Part shown: positions 27,534 to 38,191 of the stretch, piece after piece
Layout: every line of letters begins with the position of its first letter
Position numbering within the stretch: the stretch's first letter is position 1
NCBI GenBank assembly: GCA_964410905.1
Contig: CAYPIR010000003.1
Coordinates: 79,986-143,985 of the forward strand
Direction: 5' to 3'
DNA from: an uncultured bacterium
Lineage (GTDB): Bacteria > Omnitrophota > Omnitrophia > Omnitrophales > Aquincolibacteriaceae
DNA: 64,000 nucleotides
Position numbers and translations under genes: made by a program
The notes under the pieces: model-generated
Seen by the model: only the letters and a program-made list of their open reading frames with translations
Told to the model about the DNA's origin: nothing
Database searches by the model: none

Positions 27534-29519
27534 TTAAGACTTTTTTTCTATCTTTTTTATTTGGTCGCGATAGCGAGCGGCTTTGTCGAACTCAAGCGCG
27601 CGAGCGGCGCGCTCCATTTTGTTTTTCAAAAATGTTAGATATTTTTTTTCGTTATATTCCGCATTTGATTCATGCACCGCATCTTGAACAAATTCTTCCG
27701 CTTTTTTCCATTTCTCAATTCCAATTTTAATTTCCTTCTTTATTGTCGAAGGCGTAATTTTATTAACACGGTTATATTCAGCTTGAATTTTTCGTCGTCG
27801 AGCCGTCTCGTCAATCGCCCGTTTCATTGAATCTGTTATTTTATCGCCATACATTATTACTTTGCCATGGACATTACGCGCGGCGCGCCCAGCAATTTGA
27901 ATTAAAGAAACATCGCTTCTTAAAAAACCTTCTTTGTCCGCGTCTAGCACAACAACCAAAGAAACTTCGGGCAAATCCAAGCCCTCGCGCAGAAGGTTGA
28001 CGCCGATTATACAATCATATTTTTTGAGTCTAAAATCTTTTAAAATCTCCACACGCTCAAACGCGTCAAACTCCGAATGAATGTAATTTGTCGCGATGCC
28101 GACCTCTTTTAAATAACGGCTTAAATCTTCAGCCATTTTTTTTGTTAGAGTTGTTACTATTGTCCGCTCGCCGGATTTCGCGCGCTTGCGAATTTCACCT
28201 ATCAAATCATCAATTTGTCCATCTGTTGGGCGAACCTCGATTTCAGGGTCCATCAAACCTGTCGGTCGAACAAGCTGCTCAACCGGTGTTTTGTTTTTGC
28301 CAATCTCATACATTCCGGGTGTCGCGGAAACATACAGACATTGATTGAGTTTTTTCTCAAATTCAGGAAATTTTAGCGGTCGATTGTCCATAGCAGACGG
28401 AAGTCGAAAGCCATGCTCTACCAGAGTTTTTTTGCGTGCCGCGTCTCCGTTGAACATTCCTCGAATTTGCGGAATGCTTTGATGCGATTCATCTATGATC
28501 AATAAAAAATCTTTAGGGAAATAATCCAAAAGCGTGTAAGGCGTTGAACCTGCCTCGCGACCCGACAAATGTCTTGAGTAGTTTTCTACTCCTGAACAGT
28601 ATCCGACTTCACGCAACATCTCAAGATCATATTGCGTCCGCGATTCGAGCCGCTTTGCTTCAAGGTCCTTCCCCTCTCGTTCTAAAATTTTCACAGTTTC
28701 CGTTAATTCTTTTTCTATAGATTCAAACGCTGCATCAAGCCTTGCCTCCGGCGTAACAAAATGCTTCGCGGGATAAATTGCTAATTTTTCTGTTTCATTT
28801 GTCGGGGTTAACCTAACAGCATCTAGCGCCGTGATTCTGCTTATATATGCTTTGCCATCATCCACGAAACTGATTCGATAAGGCGTTTCGCCATAAGACG
28901 GCAACAAATCTATGCTGCCGCCACGGACGCGAAATGAGCCGCGTTTTAAATCCGTATCGACTCTCTCATACTGCAGCGAAATAAGATCGGAAATAAATCC
29001 ATCACGTGATTTACACTCTTTCTTTTTAATATTAATTAGCATTCCCTGCCAATCCTCAGGCGCGCCAAGCCCATAAATGCAAGAAACGCTAGAAACTATT
29101 ATGCAATCTTTACGCGACAGAAGAGAACTTGTGGCGGAAAATCTAAGCCGGTCAAGGTCGTCATTAATAGACGCGTCTTTTTCTATGTAAACATCGGTAT
29201 GCGGGATATACGCTTCGGGCTGATAGTAATCATAATAAGAAACAAAATATTCGACAGCGTTTTCAGGGAAAAATTCTTTTAACTCCGCGTAAAGCTGCGC
29301 GGCAAGAGTTTTATTATGAGAAATAACAAGAGTTGGTTTGCCAAGCCCGGCAATTACATTTGCCATCGTAAAAGTTTTGCCTGAACCGGTAACGCCCTTT
29401 AGGACTTGCTCTTTAGTTCCGGTTTGGAAACCTTCGATGAGTTTCTTTATCGCTTGAGGTTGATCGCCTTTAGGTTTCATCGATGAAACAAGGCGAAAGA
29501 CGCTCATAGTGCTAGTCAA
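27534..29519 (-). CDS. uvrB: excinuclease ABC subunit B
   Basis: 661 aa. ...GDQPQAI..L..G......Q.L.GVTGSGKTFTMANVI..., with helicase motifs and the C-terminal UvrB/UvrC interaction motif. Confidence 0.95.
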   Translation of the reverse strand: MTSTMSVFRLVSSMKPKGDQPQAIKKLIEGFQTGTKEQVLKGVTGSGKTFTMANVIAGLGKPTLVISHNKTLAAQLYAELKEFFPENAVEYFVSYYDYYQPEAYIPHTDVYIEKDASINDDLDRLRFSATSSLLSRKDCIIVSSVSCIYGLGAPEDWQGMLINIKKKECKSRDGFISDLISLQYERVDTDLKRGSFRVRGGSIDLLPSYGETPYRISFVDDGKAYISRITALDAVRLTPTNETEKLAIYPAKHFVTPEARLDAAFESIEKELTETVKILEREGKDLEAKRLESRTQYDLEMLREVGYCSGVENYSRHLSGREAGSTPYTLLDYFPKDFLLIIDESHQSIPQIRGMFNGDAARKKTLVEHGFRLPSAMDNRPLKFPEFEKKLNQCLYVSATPGMYEIGKNKTPVEQLVRPTGLMDPEIEVRPTDGQIDDLIGEIRKRAKSGERTIVTTLTKKMAEDLSRYLKEVGIATNYIHSEFDAFERVEILKDFRLKKYDCIIGVNLLREGLDLPEVSLVVVLDADKEGFLRSDVSLIQIAGRAARNVHGKVIMYGDKITDSMKRAIDETARRRKIQAEYNRVNKITPSTIKKEIKIGIEKWKKAEEFVQDAVHESNAEYNEKKYLTFLKNKMERAARALEFDKAARYRDQIKKIEKKS

Positions 29520-30330
29520 TTAGGAGAGAAAAATCTACGGCTTTTGTGGAGTGAGTAAGCGAGCCGACTGAAATTGTGTCAACTCCGGCGGCGGCAAAAC
29601 GTCTTACGTTTTCCAGACATATCCCGCCGGATGATTCCAAAATAATTTCGAGATCGGTTTTACGAGCAATTTCTACTGCGCGTTTTGTTTCTTTTGGAGT
29701 GAAGTTATCAAGCAAAATCACTTGCGGTTTTAATTCAATCGCCTCTTTCAATTCGCCAATATTGCGGACTTCTATTTCAAATTGTCTTTGACGAGTTTTT
29801 AATTTTTTCAAGTTTCCATAAGCGCGATGATTTTCTTTTACCATTACGTATTCATCAAGCCCTTGTCTGTGATTGCGTCCTCCGCCTACTTGCACAGCAA
29901 ATTTTTCCAGCTCTCGCCAAAGAGGCGTTGTTTTACGAGTGTCTAGTATAAGAGTTCCGTATTTTCGCACGCGTCTGACAAAACGGTTTGTCTGTGTCGC
30001 GACGCCTGATAAATGGCTTAAAAAATTCACCATTGTCCGTTCAGCTTTCAAAATAGATCGTATGGAGCCATCCATTTTAAAAACAATTTTCCCAGGCTGC
30101 AGCTTTCCTCCGTCACGGACTTTAAATTCCAGCTTAACGGAAGGATCAATTATTTTAAAAATTTCTTTGACTAGTCTCTCGCCAAAAAAAATTCCTTGAG
30201 CCTTCGCTATAACTTTAGCGATTCCCTTGGCGTTAGGCTTAATCAAAAGATTCGCGGTTATATCGCCTTGTCCAATATCTTCGTGAAGCGCCGCTTTGAT
30301 AAATTCGAGCGTTGTCCGAGACACCGGCAA
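29512..30330 (-). CDS. nadC: nicotinate-nucleotide pyrophosphorylase (quinolinate phosphoribosyltransferase)
   Basis: ...ALHEDIGQGDITANLL...KENH....GG.NHR..L...VLLDNF... are NadC motifs. The ORF from its first ATG would overlap valS by 77 nt, so the start is assigned to TTG 30330 or GTG 30324, which is uncertain. Confidence 0.8.
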   Translation of the reverse strand: MPVSRTTLEFIKAALHEDIGQGDITANLLIKPNAKGIAKVIAKAQGIFFGERLVKEIFKIIDPSVKLEFKVRDGGKLQPGKIVFKMDGSIRSILKAERTMVNFLSHLSGVATQTNRFVRRVRKYGTLILDTRKTTPLWRELEKFAVQVGGGRNHRQGLDEYVMVKENHRAYGNLKKLKTRQRQFEIEVRNIGELKEAIELKPQVILLDNFTPKETKRAVEIARKTDLEIILESSGGICLENVRRFAAAGVDTISVGSLTHSTKAVDFSLLID

Positions 30331-30352
30331 CGCGTGTCCATAAAGACTTTTT

Positions 30353-33052
30353 TTAAAAACTTGTAAGTTGTGTTTGGTAGGATATGAGAAGTTTTTTCGC
30401 ATCTGATAATTTTTCTTTCTCTTTTTCAAGAATATCTCTAGGCGCTTTCGCGCTAAAACCCGGGCTTTCTAATTTCTTTGAAATAGAAGCAGCCCATTTT
30501 TCCGTTTCCGCTATTTTCTTCCGCAGTCTTTTTTTCTCTTCTTCCGGGTTTATCACGCCATCAAGAGAAACAAAAACATCAAACTCGGCAAAGATCTGCG
30601 CCGCAACAAAACCTTCTTTTTTATATTCCATCACGCACTCAAAATCCTTTAGTCTGCCAAGCGCTTTAACTTCGTTTGTAAACTGATTTAGAATTTTTTT
30701 TATGTTTTCATCTTTACAAACAACAGTCGCTTTTAGCTTGTCGGTCGGAGAAATTTGAAACCTTGCTCTGATGTCGCGTATTCCTACAACCGTCGACTGA
30801 AGATAGCCTATGGATTTTTGCGCATCAGCATTATAAAAAACTCTTTCGTTCGCGCTTGGATAATCCGCTAGCGAAATTGTCTCTTTCCAAATCTCGCCGT
30901 TTTTTGCTTGAGACTTAAAAGTCTGCCATATCTCCTCTGTTATAAACGGCATAAATGGATGAAGCGCTCTAAGCATTCTTTCGCATATAAAGAACAAGAC
31001 TTTTTTTGTTTCAAGGCTGACGTCGGCGTTTTCATGCGAGACCAACGGTTTCGCTAATTCAATATACCAATCGCAAAAATCATCCCACACAAGATGATAA
31101 AGTTCCGTCGCTGCTTGCGCCGTAGCGAAACTTGAAAGATGTTTTTCAATCTCGGCAATTTTTTCTTCAAATCTGGAAAGTATCCACCGGCTTGGAAGCG
31201 ATAACCTTTTGACATCAAACTGCTTAGGGTCGGTTGAACCGTCTTTTAAATCAGCGATTTGCATTAAAACAAATCTGCAGGCATTCCAAACTTTGTTGGC
31301 AAAATTGCGTCCTACTTCAAATTTCTCCCGCGATAAAAAAACATCTTGAGCGGAAAGCATTACAAGGCTGTGTCTAAGCGCATCCGCTCCCATTTCTTCT
31401 ATAACTTCGAGAGGGTCAATGGAATTACCAAGCGATTTTGACATTTTTTTGCCGTCAGAGGCACGGACTGTTCCGTGAATATGGACGCGCGTAAAAGGAA
31501 CTTCTCCCAAGAACTCAAGCCCCGCCATGATCATGCGCGCTACCCAAAAGAAAATAATTTCAGAAGCCGTGATGAGATCGGAGGTAGGATAGAACTTTTC
31601 AAGGTCTTTTGTTTTGTCAGGCCAGCCAAGCGTAGAAAACGGCCAAAGCCAGCTTGAAAACCAAGTATCCAAAACATCAGAGTCTTGCAGTAAATCTTTG
31701 CTTTTACATTTTGAACATTCGTTTGGAGTTGTCCTAGAAACTGTAATCGCGCCGCATTTATTACAATGCCACGCCGGGATTTGATGCCCCCACCAAATTT
31801 GTCGGGATATGCACCAATCACGGATTCCGTTGAGCCAATTAAGATAAACTTTCGTCCAGCGGTCAGGATAGAAAACTGTTTTGCCTTCATCGTAAGCCTT
31901 AAGCGCTTTTTCAGCCATCGGCTTCATTTTTACAAACCATTGTTTGGAAAGATAAGGTTCGACCACAGTATCGCAGCGATAACAATGCCCCACAGCGTGA
32001 AGATGCGAGTCCCGGCAGACAAAAAACTGCCCTTCTTCTAGGTCCTGTAAAATTTTCTTACGTGCTTCAAATCTATCAAGTCCTTTATACGCGCCGCCGT
32101 TTTCATTAATTTTCCCATCGGGCGTTAAAACATTTATCTGCTCCAAATTATGCCGCGCGCCCATCGCGAAATCATTAGGGTCATGCGCGGGCGTAACTTT
32201 CACCATTCCGGTTCCAAATTCCGGATCAACAAAGGCGTCCGCGATTACGGGAATCAATCGATTTACCAACGGAAGGAGAAGTTTTTTACCAATCAAATGC
32301 TTATAGCGTTCATCGCTTGGATTTACCGCGACGGCCGTATCGCCGAGCATAGTTTCCGGGCGCGTGGTGGCGACAACAATGTGATCTTCATTTATTTTTT
32401 CATATGGAGCGGCGGCGTTCTCTATTGGATACTTGATGTGATAAAGACCGCCTTGAACGTCTTTGTGAACGGCTTCTTCATCCGAAAGCGCCGTTTGGCA
32501 TCTCGGGCACCAATTGATAATGTAATTGCCGCGATAAATAAGTCCGCGCTCATACAAAGTTACAAAAGATTCACGAACTGCTTTTGATAAACCTTCGTCC
32601 ATTGTAAAACGCTCACGCGACCAATCGCAGGATGAACCAAGCCTTCTAAGCTGTCGCGTAATGGTTTCGCCATGCGCGTTTTTCCATTTCCAAACTTCTT
32701 CTAAAAACGCATCGCGTCCCAAATCCCAGCGCGTTTTCTTTTCCTTGGCTAGTTTTTTCTCAACCACATTTTGCGTGGCAATTCCTGCGTGGTCTACTCC
32801 TGGAACCCAAAGCGCGTCGCGAGATTTCATTCTATTCCAGCGGACAAAAATATCTTGTATAGAGCTGTTTAACGCATGCCCCATATGCAAAATACCCGTT
32901 ACATTAGGCGGGGGAATTACAATCGTGTAAGATTTGTCGCTAAACGTTTTACCAAAATCACTTTGCGGACGGAAATAACCTTTCTCCTCCCAAATCTGAT
33001 ACCACTTTGTCTCAACGGTTTTTGAGTTGTATTGCTTTTCTAATTCCATCAC
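30353..33052 (-). CDS. valS: valine--tRNA ligase
   Basis: 899 aa. Contains the HMGH motif (...PPPNVTGILHMGHAL...), the KMSKS motif (KMSKSLGN) and a C-terminal coiled coil. Confidence 0.95.
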   Translation of the reverse strand: MMELEKQYNSKTVETKWYQIWEEKGYFRPQSDFGKTFSDKSYTIVIPPPNVTGILHMGHALNSSIQDIFVRWNRMKSRDALWVPGVDHAGIATQNVVEKKLAKEKKTRWDLGRDAFLEEVWKWKNAHGETITRQLRRLGSSCDWSRERFTMDEGLSKAVRESFVTLYERGLIYRGNYIINWCPRCQTALSDEEAVHKDVQGGLYHIKYPIENAAAPYEKINEDHIVVATTRPETMLGDTAVAVNPSDERYKHLIGKKLLLPLVNRLIPVIADAFVDPEFGTGMVKVTPAHDPNDFAMGARHNLEQINVLTPDGKINENGGAYKGLDRFEARKKILQDLEEGQFFVCRDSHLHAVGHCYRCDTVVEPYLSKQWFVKMKPMAEKALKAYDEGKTVFYPDRWTKVYLNWLNGIRDWCISRQIWWGHQIPAWHCNKCGAITVSRTTPNECSKCKSKDLLQDSDVLDTWFSSWLWPFSTLGWPDKTKDLEKFYPTSDLITASEIIFFWVARMIMAGLEFLGEVPFTRVHIHGTVRASDGKKMSKSLGNSIDPLEVIEEMGADALRHSLVMLSAQDVFLSREKFEVGRNFANKVWNACRFVLMQIADLKDGSTDPKQFDVKRLSLPSRWILSRFEEKIAEIEKHLSSFATAQAATELYHLVWDDFCDWYIELAKPLVSHENADVSLETKKVLFFICERMLRALHPFMPFITEEIWQTFKSQAKNGEIWKETISLADYPSANERVFYNADAQKSIGYLQSTVVGIRDIRARFQISPTDKLKATVVCKDENIKKILNQFTNEVKALGRLKDFECVMEYKKEGFVAAQIFAEFDVFVSLDGVINPEEEKKRLRKKIAETEKWAASISKKLESPGFSAKAPRDILEKEKEKLSDAKKLLISYQTQLTSF

Positions 33053-33058
33053 CCTTTA

Positions 33059-34633
33059 TTACCCTTTATGCAATTTGTAAACTATCGCTTCGACAAGCGC
33101 CTTCCAACTTGCTTCAATAATATTTTCGTGCACTCCAACCGTCGTCCAAGTTTTTTTGGCGTCTTGAAATTCAATAAATACACGGACTTTCGCGGCTGTT
33201 CCCGCCTCAGAGTTTACGACTCGTACTTTATAGTCCGTAAGATGTATTTCATTTATAACGGGATAAGTTTTGGTAAGCGCTTTGCGAAGCGCGGAATCAA
33301 GAGCGTTAACCGGACCGTCGCCTTCCGCCGTCTCCGAAAAATTTTTCCCTTTCGCGAAAAGTCTGATATCGGCAATAGAAACAGGCTCTCCGCCGCCGAT
33401 TTCTTCTGTCCGTATCGAAACGGATTTTGTCGAAAAAAACGTTTTCAACTTTCCAAGAAGTCTTTCAACTAAAAGTTCAAAACTGGCTTCCGCCGCTTCA
33501 AACTGATAGCCCTCATATTCAAGCCTCTGTATTTCTTTCAAAATCTTTTTGGATTCCGGCGAATCTTTTTTAAAATCAAGTTCAAGCTCACGCGCTTTTA
33601 TAACAATATTCGTTTTGCCACCGAGCTCGGAGACAAGATAGCGCCGGTAATTCCCCACGGACTTTGGCTCAACGTGCTCATAAGTTTTCGCGTTTTTTAC
33701 CATCGCGTTAATATGAACGCCTCCTTTGTGAGCGAATGCGGAACGCCCTACAAACGGTTGATTGTTTGTAAGCGGCACATTACAAATTTCCGCGACATAA
33801 TGAGAAAGCGACGTAAGTTCTTTGAGTTTTTTTTCTGAAAAAGTCTTAGTGTTCATTTTGAGTTGGAGATTCGCGATAATACTTATAAGGTTCGCGTTTC
33901 CGCATCGTTCGCCAATCCCATTTATTGTTCCTTGCGCGAGAACGCAGCCTTCTCCGATTGCTTGTAAAGAATTCGCTACAGCAAGATCTGAATCATTATG
34001 ACAATGAATACCAAGCGGCGTCCTTATGGTCCGTTTAATGCGCAAAATCGCGCGGCGGATTTCATGCGGAAGACTTCCGCCGTTTGTGTCGCACAGCGTT
34101 ATGATGTCCGCTCCCGCCAGCTCCGCTGTTTTTAAAGTTTGCAAGGCATATTCTGTATTGTTTTTAAAGCCGTCAAAAAAATGTTCCGCGTCATAAATAA
34201 CTTCGATTTTTTTATTTTTCAAAAACACAATCGTGTCATGAATCATCGCCAAATTTTCTTTTAACGAAGTTTTAAAAACATCCGTTACGTGCAAATCCCA
34301 AGCCTTGCCGAAAATTGTTACAACTTTCGTTCCGGAGTCAATAAGCGCTTGGACCTGCATGTCATCTTGAACGCGCGTATGCGCTCTTCGAGTGGAACCG
34401 AACGCCGCGATTTTAGCGTTTTTAAACTTTTCTTTTTTCGCCGCGACAAAAAACTCCATATCCTTTGGGTTGGAGCCGGGCCATCCGCCCTCGATGTAAG
34501 ACATTCCGAAACTATCGAGTTTGCGCGCAATCAAAAGCTTGTCTTGGCTAGACAAACTTATGCCTTCAGCTTGTGAGCCGTCTCTTAAAGTCGTGTCGTA
34601 GAAAAGAATTTTTTTTTGCATAAATATGGTCAA
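33059..34633 (-). CDS. 2-isopropylmalate / (R)-citramalate synthase (LeuA/CimA family)
   Basis: 524 aa. ...FYDTTLRDGSQAEGISLS... HMGL-like domain with a C-terminal LeuA-dimer-like region. CimA and LeuA cannot be told apart from sequence alone. Confidence 0.8.
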   Translation of the reverse strand: MTIFMQKKILFYDTTLRDGSQAEGISLSSQDKLLIARKLDSFGMSYIEGGWPGSNPKDMEFFVAAKKEKFKNAKIAAFGSTRRAHTRVQDDMQVQALIDSGTKVVTIFGKAWDLHVTDVFKTSLKENLAMIHDTIVFLKNKKIEVIYDAEHFFDGFKNNTEYALQTLKTAELAGADIITLCDTNGGSLPHEIRRAILRIKRTIRTPLGIHCHNDSDLAVANSLQAIGEGCVLAQGTINGIGERCGNANLISIIANLQLKMNTKTFSEKKLKELTSLSHYVAEICNVPLTNNQPFVGRSAFAHKGGVHINAMVKNAKTYEHVEPKSVGNYRRYLVSELGGKTNIVIKARELELDFKKDSPESKKILKEIQRLEYEGYQFEAAEASFELLVERLLGKLKTFFSTKSVSIRTEEIGGGEPVSIADIRLFAKGKNFSETAEGDGPVNALDSALRKALTKTYPVINEIHLTDYKVRVVNSEAGTAAKVRVFIEFQDAKKTWTTVGVHENIIEASWKALVEAIVYKLHKG

Positions 34634-35865
34634 ATCTTTCGTTTTATTTTTTTCTTACCGAGTCCGAACGCCGAGTGAATAACTTTGGCGGCAAGTTTCC
34701 CTTTGTCGCCGGAAACAACTACGGATATTTTGATCTCTGATGTTGAAATCATATCAATATTAACTTTGCTTTTCGCAAGAGCGGAAAACATCTTAGACGC
34801 GATACCCGAATGCGAACGCATCCCAATTCCAACGATAGAAACTTTCGCGACATTTTCATCAAATACTATTTCGCCCACGCCAAACTTTTTAGCGTTCGCT
34901 TCCACAACTTTTACCGCCTTAGGAAGTTCATTTTTAAAAACGGTAAATGAAATATCCGTTGAATCGGTTTTCGTTTTGTTTTGAATAATCATATCCACGT
35001 TCACATTTGCGTCGGCAAGCGTTTGAAAAATCCGCCCCGCGACTCCCGGCTTATCCGACACGCGAAACAGCGTGATTTTAGCTTCATCTTCCGCAAGCGC
35101 TACTCCATTAACAACGACTTCTTCCATTTTTTTTGTCTCCTTAGTAATGAGAGTTCCTTTAACATCTTTGTGAGAATTGCAAACCCAAATGGGCATATTG
35201 AACTTTTTCCCAACCTCTATCGAACGCGAATGCATAACTTTAGCGCCAAGCGAAGCGAGTTCCAAAATTTCATCATATGTTATTTTCTCTATTTTTCTCG
35301 CTTCGGAAATAATTCTAGGATCCGCAGTGTAAATTCCGTCCACATCCGTATAAATTTCACAATGTTTCGCGCCAAGCGCGACACCAAGCGCGACAGCCGT
35401 GAGGTCAGAGCCGCCGCGGCCAAGTGTGGTTATTTCTCCATCGGAAGTTTTGCCCTGAAATCCCGCGACGATAACAATCTTGCCGGACGCGAGCGCTTTT
35501 TTGATTTTGTCGGGATTAATATTCTGAATACGAGCTTTGCTGTGAAATTTATCTGTAATAATTCCCACTTGCGGACCCGTAAATGAAACCGCTTCGTGCC
35601 CAAGTTTTTGTATCGCCATTGCAAGAAGCGCGATAGACACCTGTTCGCCTGTAGCAAGCAGCATATCCATTTCCCGTTCTTGAGGTTCTTTATTAATTTT
35701 ACTCGCGAGCGTAATAAGGTCGTCTGTCATATCTCCCATCGCAGAAACCACGACAACGACTTTATTGCCGGCTTTTTTTGTTTTAACAACTCGTTCCGCG
35801 ACGTGTAAAAGTTTTTCCGCATTCCCGACAGATGTTCCGCCATACTTTTGAATAATCAACGCCAT
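34630..35865 (-). CDS. lysC: aspartate kinase
   Basis: 411 aa. MALIIQKYGGTSVGNAEKL...VVVVSAMGDMTDDL..., with C-terminal ACT repeats. Confidence 0.9.
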   Translation of the reverse strand: MALIIQKYGGTSVGNAEKLLHVAERVVKTKKAGNKVVVVVSAMGDMTDDLITLASKINKEPQEREMDMLLATGEQVSIALLAMAIQKLGHEAVSFTGPQVGIITDKFHSKARIQNINPDKIKKALASGKIVIVAGFQGKTSDGEITTLGRGGSDLTAVALGVALGAKHCEIYTDVDGIYTADPRIISEARKIEKITYDEILELASLGAKVMHSRSIEVGKKFNMPIWVCNSHKDVKGTLITKETKKMEEVVVNGVALAEDEAKITLFRVSDKPGVAGRIFQTLADANVNVDMIIQNKTKTDSTDISFTVFKNELPKAVKVVEANAKKFGVGEIVFDENVAKVSIVGIGMRSHSGIASKMFSALAKSKVNIDMISTSEIKISVVVSGDKGKLAAKVIHSAFGLGKKKIKRKI

Positions 35866-35919
35866 ACTGCTTCCTCTCTATTATCTTAAAACTATGAAAT
35901 GATTTTTATAATTGGTTTG

Positions 35920-37116
35920 CTACGTCATAAAAAACGATATAAGTTCTGAGGGCTTTACAAACTTAAGGTCGGATGTTTTTGCGGCAACTTCAGTAAAACG
36001 TTCTATCTCGCCCGCGACTACATTTTTTCCAGTCGTAACAAACGGCACCGCGTCTTTGACTATTTCACGCGTTTCCCAAAGCGTAGCGTGCGCGGGCGTA
36101 ACCAAAATCCGCGCGTCTTTAGATTTTTCCAAATATTTTCTCAATTTAGAAAGGATGAAAAAATCAGCCCCTTCAAGAGTCGCTATTTTGTCTTTTATGT
36201 TTCCCGCGCGCGCCGCCTCTTCTGTCGTGTGCAAATAGAGACAAATAAAATCCTTATCCTCCAAAGCATCAAGCGCGACCTTAGAAAGTTTATCATAAAA
36301 AACCGCCGGTTCTTCGCCTTCGTCTTTAATATCAATAACAGTAAGCCCGGCAAGCCGTCCTAAACCTTTGGCGTATTCTCTTGACGCGATCATCGCTCCG
36401 CCGGAAATATTAAACATATCTTTAAACGATTTTATATTAGGGCGTTTCCCTTGCCCCCAAAGCCAAATCATATTCGCCGGATTTTCGCCAAGGTCGACAC
36501 GGACTTGATTAATTTCGTGATCTTGCAAAAGCAGCTTCGCGTCAAGCATTAGCTTTTTAAGCGTTTCTTCGCCGGGTCCATTCGGCAAAACATCTTCTAT
36601 TTTTTCTCCTATCACATCTTCAGGATGCTCTGTTCTTGCGCTCAAGGCGTCATATCCGCTGGCGTCTTTTATAATGGCAAGATGTCTATGCCCGGAGCCT
36701 GAAAAAAACCTGACAAAATCGCTCGCGACTTTTTTGTTTAAAAAATTAATCAACGCTTTTGCTTCTTTGGTGGAAAGGTTACCCGCCGTAGCGTCCGCGA
36801 AAGTTCCCGCCGCTTCCGTAATAAAATTCATGCAAAACGCGACTTCTTTTTCTTCCAAAGTTAATTCTTTATCAGCCGCCTCAAGAGGTCCGCGTCCCGT
36901 ATAATTTTGCGCGGCGTCAAATCCCAGCAAATTGAACAAGCTTTGGTCTGCAGCCGGCGTTAATTTATCAGCCAAAAGTTTTGCCGTTCCGACTTTTCCG
37001 TTCTTGGCAAAAAAATTAAGATGCGGAATTTTGGCAACTTCAAAAGGAGTTTTCTCGCCCAGCGACTCAGCCGGGACATCTGCCGCGCCTGCTAAAACTA
37101 CAACTATAGATTTCAC
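35920..37116 (-). CDS. cofactor-independent phosphoglycerate mutase-like protein (COG3635/ApgM family); candidate non-orthologous homoserine kinase
   Basis: 398 aa. Metalloenzyme-superfamily iPGM-like sequence sitting between lysC and thrC-hom, where thrB would be expected. Confidence 0.65.
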   Translation of the reverse strand: MKSIVVVLAGAADVPAESLGEKTPFEVAKIPHLNFFAKNGKVGTAKLLADKLTPAADQSLFNLLGFDAAQNYTGRGPLEAADKELTLEEKEVAFCMNFITEAAGTFADATAGNLSTKEAKALINFLNKKVASDFVRFFSGSGHRHLAIIKDASGYDALSARTEHPEDVIGEKIEDVLPNGPGEETLKKLMLDAKLLLQDHEINQVRVDLGENPANMIWLWGQGKRPNIKSFKDMFNISGGAMIASREYAKGLGRLAGLTVIDIKDEGEEPAVFYDKLSKVALDALEDKDFICLYLHTTEEAARAGNIKDKIATLEGADFFILSKLRKYLEKSKDARILVTPAHATLWETREIVKDAVPFVTTGKNVVAGEIERFTEVAAKTSDLKFVKPSELISFFMT

Positions 37117-38189
37117 CGGACAATCTCCTTTAGAGCATCAATGGTTGACGGTATTTTAGAAAATGGATCGTTAAAACTCAGCGCGAAATCCGGGTCTTTA
37201 AGCCCTGAACCTGTAAGGGTAATCACGATTCGGGAACCTTCTTTAAAAAAATCTTTGTTGGTTTTGGCGAGTTTGATAATGCCGGCTACCGGAGCGACGC
37301 TTGCCGGCTCCGCGAATACTCCTTCTCGTTCCGCCATAAATTTATACGCCAGCGTAATTTCTTCGTCAGTAACGCTGTCAATCATCCCGCCAGATTCATC
37401 GCGCGCCGCGATAGCTCCTGTCCAACTTGCCGGATTTCCAATACGGATCGCAGTCGCGATAGTTTCAGGTTTTTCAACCGGATGCCCTAAAACAAGCGGA
37501 GCGGAACCCGCGGCTTGAAAGCCAAGCATTTGCGGTAAAGTTTGTGACTTTCCAATATGACAATATTCTTTGTAGCCTTTCCAATAAGCCGTAATATTTC
37601 CCGCGTTGCCGACAGGTATCGCGTGATATTCAGGAGCGTCGCCAAGATCATCCACCACTTCAAACGCCGCCGTCTTTTGTCCTTCAATGCGATAAGGATT
37701 TATGGAATTAACAAGCGTAATCTTTCCATCTTTGGTCATCTCCTGAACAAGCTCAAGAGCCCTGTCAAAATTTCCTTCTATCATTATCACCTTCGCGCCA
37801 TAACGGTAAGCCTGCAAAAGTTTCCCTTTAGCAATTTTTCCTTCCGGTATCAAAACATAACACTTTAATCCGCAGCGACAAGCATAAGCCGCGGCGGATG
37901 CCGAAGTATTTCCAGTAGACGCGCACATCACCGCCTTTGATTCCGCTTCAACAGCCTTTGTAATGGCAAGAGTCATACCTCTGTCTTTAAAAGAACCCGT
38001 AGGATTTAAACCTTCAAACTTAAAATAAATCTTTACCTTCTTTAATCCCAATTCCTTTGGCAGAGCCTCCGAGAGAATAAGCGGAGTATTTCCCTCGTTT
38101 AATGAAACGATCGGCGTTTTATCAGTTACGGGAAGATGTTCTTGATAGCGTTCTATAATACCAACGCGTTTTGAAATGATTTTTGGCAT
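37113..38189 (-). CDS. thrC: threonine synthase
   Basis: 358 aa. ...FEGLNPTGSFKDRGMTLAI... is the PLP-binding lysine motif. Confidence 0.9.
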   Translation of the reverse strand: MPKIISKRVGIIERYQEHLPVTDKTPIVSLNEGNTPLILSEALPKELGLKKVKIYFKFEGLNPTGSFKDRGMTLAITKAVEAESKAVMCASTGNTSASAAAYACRCGLKCYVLIPEGKIAKGKLLQAYRYGAKVIMIEGNFDRALELVQEMTKDGKITLVNSINPYRIEGQKTAAFEVVDDLGDAPEYHAIPVGNAGNITAYWKGYKEYCHIGKSQTLPQMLGFQAAGSAPLVLGHPVEKPETIATAIRIGNPASWTGAIAARDESGGMIDSVTDEEITLAYKFMAEREGVFAEPASVAPVAGIIKLAKTNKDFFKEGSRIVITLTGSGLKDPDFALSFNDPFSKIPSTIDALKEIVR

Positions 38190-38191
38190 TT